Positions 1 to 10,824 of a stretch of 64,000 nt of DNA are shown here, in pieces. A model generated the notes under the pieces. That model saw nothing but the letters and a program-made list of their open reading frames with translations, did not search any database and was not told where the DNA came from. Origin of the DNA: Clostridia bacterium (lineage in GTDB: Bacteria > Bacillota > Clostridia > RGIG6154). The stretch covers positions 289-64,288 of the forward strand of contig JAZROD010000002.1 in the NCBI GenBank assembly GCA_045648505.1, given 5' to 3'. The position numbers and the translations under genes were made by a program. Positions within the stretch are counted from its first letter, which is position 1. Each line of letters opens with the position of its first letter.

Positions 1-270
1 TATGGTTGTGCAGTAGTTTTCTATGTATCTGTCCCTGTCACCGATGCCCATTTTAATGTCCTCATGAACAGGTACACTTTCAATAACAGAAAGCTCAAGA
101 CCTGCATCTTCTATTTCCTTTTTAAGCTCCATTATTCTGTCAAAGCTCCAGGCCTCGCCAACAGGAACATCATAAATGGCAGAAACAATTCCTTTCATTC
201 CTGGAATTTGTCTGATTTTTTCCAAGGTAACGGGATCATCTTTGCCGTACCAACGAAATGTCATAATCAT
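1..270 (-). CDS. uxuA: Mannonate dehydratase, 5' part (runs off window)
   Basis: Not in ORF track. Manual translation from ATG at 270: [41 protein letters not shown]...[15 protein letters not shown], the characteristic UxuA N-terminus. GGAGGA RBS upstream. Confidence 0.93.
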   Translation of the reverse strand, partial: MIMTFRWYGKDDPVTLEKIRQIPGMKGIVSAIYDVPVGEAWSFDRIMELKKEIEDAGLELSVIESVPVHEDIKMGIGDRDRYIENYCTTI

Positions 271-431
271 ATTTATACTTTCCTCCTGTGAAAAATTTAG
301 AAATCTCTTTTCTGTGGTTAAAATAGAAATGTTTTTTCAGTCTATTATACGTCCTAACGGACACTTATCATTCGGCTTTTTTGTTCACCCCAAGACCTTG
401 TTAATTTTAAGGCCTTGGGGTATGCTGTAAT

Positions 432-3400
432 TTATTGTGCTTTTGTCATACACAATGGTTTAATTGTATTAAAATCCTTCCACACAAACACTTTTATTTC
501 ATCCGGCTTTTCTGTAAGTCCCGTAATTTCAAAAGGAACTTCTTCTTTGGCTTTGTTTGAAACATTTGTAATTGTGTATACACCGAACCCAACCATTTCT
601 TTTTCTTTGAATGCAGCTACTATAACTTTTCCAAAGTCAAGAAGTTTGCCTGAATAGTTGGTGAATTCAGCTATGCCACTTACTTTACCTGATGTATATC
701 CTGCACTTGCAGAAACGATAGATTCCGAATTTACCGCAGGAGCATTTACAACAGTATAGTAATTATAAGTTCTTTCATAGTCTCTTAAATTCTTTGCGTA
801 GGCAACAACATAGCTGTCATCTGTTAAATAGGCACTATCTTCAAGAAGAGTTTTGCAGGTGTTATCTTCATATATTCTTATATCTTCGCCTACTGCTTCT
901 TTAAGCTGTGATATGGTTATTTCGTTACCTGCAACATCAATAAGCTGACCATTAACAGTTATGGCAGGATTGTTGGAAGAAAGAATATTTAATTTATCTC
1001 GGTTTGGATTGTAGGTTACAACATCTTCAAACTTATGAATAACATTATCATAATATATTTCAGAAGGCTGTGTTGCATACATCATAATAATACGGGATAA
1101 ACGAAAAGCAGATGGCTTAGTATCAAGTTTGATTTCGTGTTTATCGCCGTTGATATATACTAAAATAGTATCGTTTGCGTCGTCTTTGCAATTCGCAACA
1201 ATCGCTACCTTATACCACTGACCAATATTTAAAGGTGCAATTATTCCGCGTGAGTCTGCATTTACTATGTTCTTTGCTGAAAGGATTTCAAAACCATCCT
1301 TACTGATGTTCATAAATGTGCCGCCTATGATTGCATTTTCCGAATCAATAAAGGATAAGTTATGGAAAATTCCTGAATTCTCGTTTGCAAGCATAAAGCT
1401 AAATTCAAGTGTATAGTTCTGCGCAACACCATCGTTATTTTGAATGCCAAAATAGTTGTAATTTGCTCCGCCTTTTGAACTTAAAGGTGTACCGGTAAGC
1501 TTATATACTTTATCGCTTTCAAGCTTTCCACCAACACCTGAAGCTCCGTTTTCCCACTTAATATCATCTTTGACGGTATACAGCTTGAGTGTTTCTGTAC
1601 CGTTATATAAGTCGGTTTCTTCAAGTAAAACATCTGAATCGCCGTTTTTGATAATTTCGTCAATACTGTTGAGGTCTTTTATTGCCTTGTCAACCTGCTC
1701 CTGACCTACCGGAACTGATTTAAGAGTTGCAATTGCATCTGAAAGTGTTTTTTCAACTGCTGTTTGTGCCAAAGTTCCGAATTGTGAATAATCAGTTTTA
1801 TCTATAGCTTCTACAACCTTTAAAAGTTCTCGTCTGTCAGCGTATTTAAGCTGTTGTGCTGTACAGGTTATTTCATATATAGAAGCAGAAGCTGCAAACT
1901 TTGTGTTGTTAAAGGTAATTCTTAGTTTACTTGCCTCAGCAAAGCCTAAATCAAACTGTGTAAAAGGATCTTCAACAGTCATAGGTACATCTTCTATTAC
2001 CTTTGTCCATACACCGTTTGAATATACTTCAACTGATGTTTTGTCGCTTCGGGTTGTCAGGACACCGTCTATCGTATCTGAGCTCTTATTACGGAAATCG
2101 TATATTTTCATTGTTTTTACATTGTATGTGTTTGGAAGGTCGATAGTAACGGAAAATTCGCTCATTTCATCTTTTACCGACCAGCGTGTAGATGTGTTTT
2201 CATCAAATGCATTTGTTGCAGCATATGTTCCTGTAGGCTTGCTTCTTCCTGTGAAAGTCAGTGCATCGGCAGAAATGTTTTTCAAAATGTTTGTAGGATC
2301 TTCTGATAAAACTACGTTGCTGATCTTTGTGCCTGAACATTTAATTTCGTAAAGTGAAATGCCTTTACTTTCACCTGAAGTGTTTGAAAAAGTCAGTCTG
2401 ATTTTACTTGCCTTGTTACCTGTAAGGTCAAATATTGTATCATCGTCACCATTTCTTTTGGTTCCTGTATACTCAAGCGGTTGTTTATCAATAACAGTAG
2501 TCCAGGTATCGTTATGGAAAACTTCAACTGTGGTCTGGTCACATCTTGTGTGAGTTTCGTTGCTTTCCACATGGTCGTATATTGTTATTTCTCCAAGGTC
2601 ATATACGCCGTCAAGGTCACACGAAATAGTTATTGTTGCATTTACCTCGTCCTTTCCGGCAAAACGTCCTGTTTTAGCGGTATAATCACCGTCAGTAAGC
2701 TTTTCAAGACCATAACCTGTCAAGAATCCTGAACCGCTTACTTTTTCAAAGGTTTTGCCTGAAAGGAAGTTTTCGTATTCTTTAGGCAACTCTTCTTCAG
2801 ACTGATTGGCTGAACTGAAAATTTCTTCAATTTCCGTAATTCCAGTTTCAAAATATGAGCCCATTAAAGATACACCGTAAGTGAGGCTTTCATCATAATC
2901 GTCTGTAACCAGCACAGGATATTTGCTTTCTTCAATCAGACTATATTCGCCGCCGTCAGATTTAGAGTAAAGTTTATAGCCCTTTGCTTCACCTTTGTCC
3001 TGGATAGCTACCTGCAACACACCTGCTGCAATCTGGATTGCCTCAATTGATTCTATTTCCATGCTGACAGGATTTACATAAGTAAGCACGCCTTCACTTT
3101 CTCTGCCACTTTCACTAACTGCACAAACTCTGTATGTCATACGCTTATTTTCTTCGTTTGCAGAGGTCTGATACAAATAATTTGTATCTGTTGTATTGTC
3201 TATAAATGTATAATCAGAGTCGTTTTCAACAGCCTTGTATACATTGTAGCTTACTGCATCGTTGCTTTCATTCCATGTAATTTCAAAATCGTTTTTACTG
3301 ATTTGTTCTACTTTTATTTCTGATGCAGGAGCAATGTATTCTTTTTCAGAAAGATTATATATAATATAAGTTTCTCCCTTTGTTGTATCAAAGCTGATTA

Positions 3401-5879
3401 AGTCATTATTTTCTATGGAGAAATTAATTTCCTGACCTGAAGCTGTTTTAACTTTTGCATTTTTTATATCAAAATATCCTACACGGCAGTTTCCGCCGGC
3501 ATTTGATTTAATATTGAAAGTTTTTGCATTTTTGTTCTCCCACGCTGCACTTACTTCAAAATTACCTCGTGCTACAAGTCCTGTATAAGAACCATTTTCC
3601 CATGCATCGGGAATTGCCGGCAGGGGAGCAATATATCCCTCGTGACTCTGAAGGAGCATCTCAGCAATACCTGCTGTTCCGCCAAGGTTACCGTCAATTT
3701 GGAAAGGCGGATGCAAGTCCCATAAATTTGTTGCTGTGCCTGTTTTCAAAAGAGCATTAAGAATTAAATAAGTTCTGTTTCCGCGTTTTGTTCGTGCCCA
3801 GAGGTTTAATCTGTGTGCCATACCCCAGCCTGTAGCTTTATCGCCACGCTCTGTTAAAGTAACTATTGCACCGTCAAGCCATGCAGGGGTTGTTTCGTTA
3901 ATCAGGGTTCCGGGATAAAGTCCTACAAGCTGTGAAATATGACGATGATTGTATTCGCCTATGTCTCCGTAGAAATTTTCTTCCCTGAATTCCTTAACCT
4001 GACCGGAATATCCAATCTGTACAGGGTCATATAAATCAATTTGTTCATTAATTGCTTTTAAGGTTGAATCATCATCGGAAACGCCAAGAATTTCAGCTGC
4101 TTTTTTTGTATCGTTGTTATTTTCGTATGCAAACATCTGGTCATACGCAACGCCTTTTGTATAATACCACGAACTGGATACACCATCTATTGACTGCTCC
4201 GGAGAGGTTGAATATGATGTGAGGTAATGTCCGTCTTCATCCTTTTCAACAATCTTTGTTATAAATCTTGCACCTGATGATATAACAGGGTAAACTGTTT
4301 CTTCCAACAACTCTTCGTCACGAGTAAAATCGTAATAATCCCAGAAAAGCTTTGTTGTAAAACCAAGGTTACCGGGTGAACGCCCTGCCGCAACATTATA
4401 AGGATTTGCACCTGTTCCAACACCCCATCCGTTAGCATCATTAATGGTTATGGTGTCAATATTTTCAGCAGTTATATTCTGAGCATTTATATAATTTTGT
4501 TTGTAATTAGACTTTACTATGATTCTTGCAGTTTCTATCGTGTTTGGCATATATGCTTTATTAAAACCAACATAAGCCTCAAAAGTTTCTGCTATATTTG
4601 TATTAAATGCAGGCCAGTAGTTCATCTGCACATTGATATTGTGCCAGAAGCCTGATGACCATGGTGAAAAGTTGTATCTGTTCCACACACCCTGCAGATT
4701 GGCAGGAAGTGAGCCTTCTCTTGAAGAGGCGATAAGAAGATATCTGCCGTACTGGAAATATAATTCTTCAAGATATGTATTATATGTGCCTTTTTTATAG
4801 GTGTTTAAAAGCTCGTCGGTTGTGATTTCAGGTACTTCAGTTCCAAGATCAAGAGTTACTCGGCTGAAAAGTTCGCTATAATCTGCTATATGGCGTTCTT
4901 TGAGCTCGTTGTAATTGTAAGCAAGAGCACTGTTCATATAGCCTGAAACCTTATCATGGGCTGAAATAGTAGAATATGAAAGTTTTTTCAATCTGTCACT
5001 TTCTAAAAATATCTTTGGACCAAGTTCATAGTTTGTACCGATAGATATTACTATATATGCACTGTCTGCACCGGTAACAGTAATTGTTCCATTGTCAGGT
5101 GCACCGTTTTCATCAACACCGTTTTTATATGTCATTTCACCGTTTGTAGGAATAACTTTGTACTGACCTTCAAAATCAATAGCATAATATCCCATATGAC
5201 CTGAAAGGGTAATGCTACCATCTTCTGATGCTACAACTGTGCCGTGCTTTGAAGCACCGTCACCTGCTGCTACTGCGTAATCCTGTTCAAAAGGAATTGT
5301 TGGACGAAGGGTAAAATCAATCATACCTGTCTGTGATGCGTCAAGCTTTACTACCATTACCTTATCAGGATATGAAACAAAATACTCTCTTGAATAGGTA
5401 ACTCCGTTATAATCATATTTGACACTTGAAACAGCTGTTTTTAAATCAAGATCTCTTTCATAATTTTCAACCTCTGAAAAAGGATGTCCTAAATCAATAT
5501 ATGTTTCAGAAAAATTGTTAAGACCGCCAAGGCTTTTGCTTCCATATCCTTCAATTGTGGTGGTATATGGGTTTGCAAGGGTTTTTTCAGTAAGCTGAAT
5601 ACGCTCTGTATCAGTTCTGCCGAAAACATTTGCACCAAAATAACCATTACCCAAAGGAAGTGACCAGCGTTCCCAACCATCGTCCACATTTGAGCCAGGG
5701 TCTTTAGCTACACCATCATTTGTGTATGGTGCCTCCTCGTCATACCACAAACGAAGTGCTTTGTCCGTATCCTCAATAACAATAGCTGTTGGTGTTAAAA
5801 CTTTATTTGCGTTAACAGTTAAGTTTCCACTCATCAAAATTGTTAAAATCAACAAAATGGAAATATACTTTTTAAACAT
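432..5879 (-). CDS. Secreted multidomain GH95 alpha-L-fucosidase-like enzyme (GH95 + FN3 + two F5/8-type/CBM32-like domains + lectin-like domain + shared C-terminal domain)
   Basis: Signal peptide. GH95 motifs SLPLGNG, FQYGRYLLIASSR, ANLQGVWN, NINVQMNYW, SPEQ, HRHISQLVGLYP, HPPFQIDGNLG. The GGAGG spacing favours the ATG at 5879 over 5885. Confidence 0.92.
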   Translation of the reverse strand: MFKKYISILLILTILMSGNLTVNANKVLTPTAIVIEDTDKALRLWYDEEAPYTNDGVAKDPGSNVDDGWERWSLPLGNGYFGANVFGRTDTERIQLTEKTLANPYTTTIEGYGSKSLGGLNNFSETYIDLGHPFSEVENYERDLDLKTAVSSVKYDYNGVTYSREYFVSYPDKVMVVKLDASQTGMIDFTLRPTIPFEQDYAVAAGDGASKHGTVVASEDGSITLSGHMGYYAIDFEGQYKVIPTNGEMTYKNGVDENGAPDNGTITVTGADSAYIVISIGTNYELGPKIFLESDRLKKLSYSTISAHDKVSGYMNSALAYNYNELKERHIADYSELFSRVTLDLGTEVPEITTDELLNTYKKGTYNTYLEELYFQYGRYLLIASSREGSLPANLQGVWNRYNFSPWSSGFWHNINVQMNYWPAFNTNIAETFEAYVGFNKAYMPNTIETARIIVKSNYKQNYINAQNITAENIDTITINDANGWGVGTGANPYNVAAGRSPGNLGFTTKLFWDYYDFTRDEELLEETVYPVISSGARFITKIVEKDEDGHYLTSYSTSPEQSIDGVSSSWYYTKGVAYDQMFAYENNNDTKKAAEILGVSDDDSTLKAINEQIDLYDPVQIGYSGQVKEFREENFYGDIGEYNHRHISQLVGLYPGTLINETTPAWLDGAIVTLTERGDKATGWGMAHRLNLWARTKRGNRTYLILNALLKTGTATNLWDLHPPFQIDGNLGGTAGIAEMLLQSHEGYIAPLPAIPDAWENGSYTGLVARGNFEVSAAWENKNAKTFNIKSNAGGNCRVGYFDIKNAKVKTASGQEINFSIENNDLISFDTTKGETYIIYNLSEKEYIAPASEIKVEQISKNDFEITWNESNDAVSYNVYKAVENDSDYTFIDNTTDTNYLYQTSANEENKRMTYRVCAVSESGRESEGVLTYVNPVSMEIESIEAIQIAAGVLQVAIQDKGEAKGYKLYSKSDGGEYSLIEESKYPVLVTDDYDESLTYGVSLMGSYFETGITEIEEIFSSANQSEEELPKEYENFLSGKTFEKVSGSGFLTGYGLEKLTDGDYTAKTGRFAGKDEVNATITISCDLDGVYDLGEITIYDHVESNETHTRCDQTTVEVFHNDTWTTVIDKQPLEYTGTKRNGDDDTIFDLTGNKASKIRLTFSNTSGESKGISLYEIKCSGTKISNVVLSEDPTNILKNISADALTFTGRSKPTGTYAATNAFDENTSTRWSVKDEMSEFSVTIDLPNTYNVKTMKIYDFRNKSSDTIDGVLTTRSDKTSVEVYSNGVWTKVIEDVPMTVEDPFTQFDLGFAEASKLRITFNNTKFAASASIYEITCTAQQLKYADRRELLKVVEAIDKTDYSQFGTLAQTAVEKTLSDAIATLKSVPVGQEQVDKAIKDLNSIDEIIKNGDSDVLLEETDLYNGTETLKLYTVKDDIKWENGASGVGGKLESDKVYKLTGTPLSSKGGANYNYFGIQNNDGVAQNYTLEFSFMLANENSGIFHNLSFIDSENAIIGGTFMNISKDGFEILSAKNIVNADSRGIIAPLNIGQWYKVAIVANCKDDANDTILVYINGDKHEIKLDTKPSAFRLSRIIMMYATQPSEIYYDNVIHKFEDVVTYNPNRDKLNILSSNNPAITVNGQLIDVAGNEITISQLKEAVGEDIRIYEDNTCKTLLEDSAYLTDDSYVVAYAKNLRDYERTYNYYTVVNAPAVNSESIVSASAGYTSGKVSGIAEFTNYSGKLLDFGKVIVAAFKEKEMVGFGVYTITNVSNKAKEEVPFEITGLTEKPDEIKVFVWKDFNTIKPLCMTKAQ

Positions 5880-6194
5880 AAACATCCTCCCAAAAATTTA
5901 TAATTTCTTATTATATAGTTTAACATACTGTTCATTGATTTCAATGCAATAAGCAAAAAAATTTTTGTCTATTTCAACAAATTACTTTTACGGAATTTTC
6001 TTAAAGGAAAACTATAATTGGTGCGAAGCATCGTTTGGCTTAAACAGTCATTAAAGTATTTTTAAATCGGAGAAAGTAATGCCCCCCGACACTTATTTGT
6101 AGTGGTGGGGGTGTTTTAGCAAGAGGACAGTCAAATTCAAAACCTCTGTTAAGCAGCATACTATAAATGTGTTTTTGAATTTGCGTGTTACTGA

Positions 6195-7022
6195 TTATAA
6201 TAAGGATTTTCTGTATTTGCCGGGAGGGACACCGATTATCTTTTTGAAAACTCTTTCAAAGTAATAAAGATTACCATCGTAGCCCACACGCCTTGCCACT
6301 TCTGTTAAACTTATACGGGAATCAAGAAGATAATTCGTGGCTGCTTCTATGCGTTTGTTGGTAATATAGTTGTTGGGTGTCATTCCTGTTATTTTTTTAA
6401 AGATGATTCTGTAGTTGGTTTCGCTCATATTGTCCATAGCCGCAAGGGTGCTTACCTTAAGCTCTTTGTGTAAATTGGTGTTTATGTAGGTAATAGAATT
6501 TAAAGATAATGGGTCAATGTCATTATTTGTTGTATATCTTGAAAAAAGGATAAGTGTTGATGTTAATATAGCTGAAACCGATTGAACAAAAAAGCAATCG
6601 TTTTTGATAAACTCTCTGTAAAATCTGTCCCAGTAAGAGGTAAGACCTTGCCGTACACCTATTGTATAGACTGTAGATGTCTTTAAATTTAAACTTTCCA
6701 GAAGCATTTCAACCTCTGTGCCTGTAAAATGAAGAGACAGGTAATCGATGTTTTCGTTTTCAGGAGAATGATAGCTACTGTGTGTAAAAGGAGAGAGAAT
6801 TACGAACTGTCCTTTTCTTAATATTGTTTGAATATTATCATTTTTTAAAATCAACGAGCCATCGAGAAGATAAATAAGGTAGTAGTCTAACCTGTAAGGG
6901 TTGTTTTTTATCCCTGTATGTGATGTTATCTGCCCTGCAACATTAACATTGAGCCGATTTTTCGTATCACACTTGTTTGCGATAACCAAACTGCTTAAAG
7001 AATATATGGTTTGCATCATCAC
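6195..7022 (-). CDS. AraC-family transcriptional regulator
   Basis: N-terminal cupin-like region and C-terminal double HTH (LAAMDNMSETNYRIIFKKITGMTP...YFERVFKKIIGVPPGKYRK). Confidence 0.92.
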   Translation of the reverse strand: MMMQTIYSLSSLVIANKCDTKNRLNVNVAGQITSHTGIKNNPYRLDYYLIYLLDGSLILKNDNIQTILRKGQFVILSPFTHSSYHSPENENIDYLSLHFTGTEVEMLLESLNLKTSTVYTIGVRQGLTSYWDRFYREFIKNDCFFVQSVSAILTSTLILFSRYTTNNDIDPLSLNSITYINTNLHKELKVSTLAAMDNMSETNYRIIFKKITGMTPNNYITNKRIEAATNYLLDSRISLTEVARRVGYDGNLYYFERVFKKIIGVPPGKYRKSLL

Positions 7023-7171
7023 ACCTCCTTAAATTATATTACAATGTTTTTTTGAAAAAGTCAATTGTTTATTGAGACGATTGTAAAAAAACAAGGACAT
7101 TATGTGATTTTTTGCCAGAATAGGAAAATTTAAAAATGTTGAAAAAGACAAAAAATATATTGTTTATTATA

Positions 7172-7199
7172 TTGAATGAAGAAACTGATATGTTAAAAT
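7172..7199 (+). promoter_or_regulatory. Putative sigma-A promoter of the long + strand block
   Basis: TTGAAT-16 nt-TAAAAT with TG extension, ~33 nt upstream of the likely ATG at 7232. The region is AT-rich, so this is uncertain. Confidence 0.4.
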
Positions 7200-7231
7200 A
7201 TATAGTAGATAAGTTTGAATGGTGGGTTTTT

Positions 7232-8131
7232 ATGAGTTCAAGAGCATATATTGAAAATTTCCTTACAAAATACGACTATGATGAGTATGACACTCAATAC
7301 TTAATTGATACCTATGAAAAAGTAGCATCTGATTCAAAAACTTGTTCGTTGTTTGATAAGGCGATGGAAATATACAATGAAAGAATAGATTGTGATTATA
7401 AAAAAATAATTGAAATAGCTGATGAAATTGCGTCAGAATTGTATCTTTATGAATTTACCGTTGAATTTTTGGTTTTTGTATGCCTTTCTGAAAGAGCTGA
7501 AAAGGTGTATGAAGAAAAAGGAATTGCAAAAGAGATTTTTTATGCTAATATGTATGACTTAAAATATAAGCTTGAGGAATGTAAGCTTGTATATAATATA
7601 ATCGGTACTTGTGTAGCTTATTGGTTCGAAGGATTTTTTAACCTGACAAGATTTACTTTTGAAAGGCTTCAGTTTGAAATAATAAAATTTAATAAAGATT
7701 ATAACAGGTGCGGAAGGGTTCTTACACCTGACAGTAAGGTTGTAAATGTACACATACCAAGAAGCTTAAAGCCACTGGATGAAAATAGCTGCGACAAATC
7801 TTTTATGGAAGCAGCGAAGTTCTTTAAAGATGAATTTGAAGGTGATATCCCTTTTTATTGCAGTTCGTGGCTTTTGTATCCTGAAAATAAAAAAATCCTA
7901 CATGAGAAATCAAATACATACAAATTTATGTCCAGATTTGAAATAATAAGTGAAGGCACAGATAAGGCTTTTGACAGCTTGAAGCGTATATTTGATACGA
8001 TGGAGAAGAATCCCGACAGACTTCCCGAAAACACTAAAATTCAAAAGGCTTATAAAGCTCATCTGCAAAATGGTGGAAAAATCGGATACGGTGCAGGGGT
8101 GTTCTTTGTTCCAAGAAATTCTATAAAGTAA
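7232..8131 (+). CDS. Acyltransferase-domain (DUF5596/GNAT-like) protein
   Basis: Motifs RLQFE, VHIP, CSSWLL typical of this family. Start moved from 7136 to MSSRAY (GGTGG upstream). Confidence 0.7.
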   Translation: MSSRAYIENFLTKYDYDEYDTQYLIDTYEKVASDSKTCSLFDKAMEIYNERIDCDYKKIIEIADEIASELYLYEFTVEFLVFVCLSERAEKVYEEKGIAKEIFYANMYDLKYKLEECKLVYNIIGTCVAYWFEGFFNLTRFTFERLQFEIIKFNKDYNRCGRVLTPDSKVVNVHIPRSLKPLDENSCDKSFMEAAKFFKDEFEGDIPFYCSSWLLYPENKKILHEKSNTYKFMSRFEIISEGTDKAFDSLKRIFDTMEKNPDRLPENTKIQKAYKAHLQNGGKIGYGAGVFFVPRNSIK

Positions 8132-8145
8132 AGGGGATAAATATT

Positions 8146-9015
8146 ATGTCAAGAAATATGCACAAATATGAAGAACTTACTCCGTATGAATTTGACCGTG
8201 AAAAAGAAAAAGCATCAATCATTTATATAGCGGCAAGCCCCGTGGAATATCACGAGGAAGGTGCTGTTTTGGGATTTGACACAATAAAAGGGTACGATTG
8301 GTGCCTTGAAGCTGCGGAGAAAACAGGTGGAATTGTATTTCCTGTTTTACCTGTTGCTCCAGAAAAATGGACATATATGACCAAAGAGGAGCTTCTTCAA
8401 AGCTACAAGGATTTGAAATTTTCAGATACATTCACAGAACGCGTGGGTATTTATCCTAGCATTTTCTTCAGCGGAGAAACTTGTCGCAGGGTTTATACAG
8501 AGCTTTTAGAGGCACTTTCTCTTGAAATGAAATTTAAGCTTTGTGTATTTGTAGGCTCTCATGGACCTGCAGGTGCATTGGTTTCTGATATTGTTAAGGA
8601 ATTTAATGAAAAAAATCCCGTAAATGAGACCTTTGATGATGTTAAAAATAAAAATATCGGTATATTTAACGGTATGTATGTTATGAGCGTAAGGTCTATT
8701 ACATACTGCAATGAAACCAAAAGAAAGCTTTATCGTGAAAATGGAATAAGGGAAAATTCATCAGTTCACGGAGGTCTTTGGGAGGCCGCTTTAAATTATG
8801 CGATTAATCCTGAATATTTTCAGCCACAATATCTGGATGAAACAAAATATCCACAACATTACGGACCACTTCCTGAAACGGAAGAGACAGAGATGCTTCG
8901 TCCGAGTAAATCAGAGTTGAGAAAGCTCACACCTGAATTTGCAAAAGAAATCCACGAAGCAACCGTAAACGGACTTGTTCAAGATGTAACTGCACTTTAC
9001 AAACATATCAAATAA
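8146..9015 (+). CDS. Creatininase-family amidohydrolase
   Basis: Metal-ligand pattern PVEYHEEG..GFD, GSHG, HGGLWE. Confidence 0.75.
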   Translation: MSRNMHKYEELTPYEFDREKEKASIIYIAASPVEYHEEGAVLGFDTIKGYDWCLEAAEKTGGIVFPVLPVAPEKWTYMTKEELLQSYKDLKFSDTFTERVGIYPSIFFSGETCRRVYTELLEALSLEMKFKLCVFVGSHGPAGALVSDIVKEFNEKNPVNETFDDVKNKNIGIFNGMYVMSVRSITYCNETKRKLYRENGIRENSSVHGGLWEAALNYAINPEYFQPQYLDETKYPQHYGPLPETEETEMLRPSKSELRKLTPEFAKEIHEATVNGLVQDVTALYKHIK

Positions 9016-9083
9016 AGCACAGCTACAGATTGGGATATAACATAAAAATGATATTTCAATGTAAATGCGAAAGGAATTAATAA

Positions 9084-10775
9084 ATGGAAATAAAAGTAAA
9101 ACAGTTTTCATCTCTTGCAAAACTGCAATCGGTGAATGATATTACGAAAAATAATGATTGTTACAGAGTTACTGCACTTAAAGGTGAGCATTTCGCTTAT
9201 CAGTTTGTTTTGAACTCAAATAATATTGTTTATCAGGCAAAATGTGAAGTTAAATCAGACCTTGAAGAAGGTATTGAAGCATACTTTGTTGATTATGCAG
9301 TTATGGATTATGCTTATCCGAGAAATGCTGATGATGACTATATAACAAAAGAAAACGGTATAATGCCTGACATTCTGATTCCTTTGAAGGAAAAGGACAA
9401 TATTATATATGTGGATAATCTTACAACAATATGGATAGATGTTAATATTCCTGAAAACTGCAAACCAGGCATATATACGGTGATTTTTAAGGTTAAAAGC
9501 TTAACAGAGAGTGATTATGAAGGCTTTGAGGTCTTTGAGGTTATGAAAATCAGAGTGCTTGATGTTGAACTGCCTGAACAGAAAACATTATATACTCAAT
9601 GGTTTCACACAGACTGTATAGCATCAATACACAATGTTGAAATCTATAGTGAACAGCATTGGGAATTAATAGACAAGTATATGAAAATGGCTAAAGATGT
9701 GGGAATGAATATGATACTCACTCCTATAGTTACGCCCCATTTAAATGTTTTGAAAGGAAGCAGCAGACCTAATGTTCAGCTTGTTGACATTAATGAAAAC
9801 GAAGATGGATATACATTTGATTTCACAAAATTGAAAAGATGGGTGGAACTTACAAAGAAAAATAAGATTCAGTATTACGAAATGGCACCTCTTTTTACTC
9901 AATGGGGACTTGAGTACACACCTAATATTGTAGTAAAGTCAAAAGAAGGTACTTACAGTAAATTCGGCTGGCATGTTTCATCGGGAGATAAAAGCTATCA
10001 GGAATTCATAAAGGCGTTTCTTACTGAACTTATGAAATTTTTAGAAGCCGAAGGAATTGATAAAAATACATACTTCCATTTGTCTGATGAGCCCGGAAAA
10101 GCAGATTTTGAAAAATACAAATATGCATACCAGTTGGTTAAACCGCTTATAGGCGACTGTAAAATTATGGACGCGTGCTCACATTATGATTTCTTTAGTG
10201 CAGGACTTATGGATATACCCGTTGCGTGCACAAATGAAATCAAAGACTTTTTAGATAAAGATGTGAAAAGCTTGTTTGCATATTATTGCTGCACAGGTGT
10301 TAAGGGCGTTTCAAACAGACTTATGTCAATGCCATCATACAGAAACAGAATTATAGGAATACAGATGTATAAGTATAACATTGAAGGCTTTTTACACTGG
10401 GGATACAATTTTTATTACAGCAAGCGCTCTGAATATGTTGTTAATCCTTTTTCATGTAGCTCAGCAGGAAGAGCATATCCGTCAGGAGACTCTTTCTCGG
10501 TATATCCGGGTACGAACGGACCTTTGTATTCTATGAGAGCTCTTGTGTTTAAGGATGCACTTCAGGATATTGAACTTTTAAAACTTCTGGAAAAGTATAT
10601 CGGAAAAGAGGAAGTTATAAAACTGATAGAAGAAGAAGCGGGAATGGAAATAACCTTTACCCAATATCCAAGAAACAACCAATTTATTATTAATCTTACA
10701 GAAAAAATCAAAAGAATAATTGCTGAAAAGAAGAATTTTAAGTTAGAAGCAATAAGAAAAGAAAGAAAAGATTAA
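9084..10775 (+). CDS. DUF4091-domain glycoside hydrolase (GH123-like)
   Basis: TQWFHTDC, HLSDEP (DE catalytic pair), GFLHWGYNF, GDSFSVYPG, C-terminal SMR...DALQD. No signal peptide. Confidence 0.82.
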   Translation: MEIKVKQFSSLAKLQSVNDITKNNDCYRVTALKGEHFAYQFVLNSNNIVYQAKCEVKSDLEEGIEAYFVDYAVMDYAYPRNADDDYITKENGIMPDILIPLKEKDNIIYVDNLTTIWIDVNIPENCKPGIYTVIFKVKSLTESDYEGFEVFEVMKIRVLDVELPEQKTLYTQWFHTDCIASIHNVEIYSEQHWELIDKYMKMAKDVGMNMILTPIVTPHLNVLKGSSRPNVQLVDINENEDGYTFDFTKLKRWVELTKKNKIQYYEMAPLFTQWGLEYTPNIVVKSKEGTYSKFGWHVSSGDKSYQEFIKAFLTELMKFLEAEGIDKNTYFHLSDEPGKADFEKYKYAYQLVKPLIGDCKIMDACSHYDFFSAGLMDIPVACTNEIKDFLDKDVKSLFAYYCCTGVKGVSNRLMSMPSYRNRIIGIQMYKYNIEGFLHWGYNFYYSKRSEYVVNPFSCSSAGRAYPSGDSFSVYPGTNGPLYSMRALVFKDALQDIELLKLLEKYIGKEEVIKLIEEEAGMEITFTQYPRNNQFIINLTEKIKRIIAEKKNFKLEAIRKERKD

Positions 10776-10824
10776 GTTAATTGTTATCTAATATTATGAA
10801 CTTATGATTGAAAGGGGCAGAAAA

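Noticed and set aside
64-657. Short + strand ORFs 64..291, 176..430, 415..657
   Set aside because: Antisense shadows of uxuA and the GH95 gene; no RBS or recognisable motifs.
6076-6118. GC-rich imperfect palindrome between the GH95 and araC genes, possible IS end
   Set aside because: No transposase or partner end nearby; more simply a weak terminator for araC.
5955-7160. AGACAAA/GGACA-like motifs in promoter regions (also ~43337) as AraC sites
   Set aside because: Too short and degenerate in AT-rich DNA to support without motif statistics.
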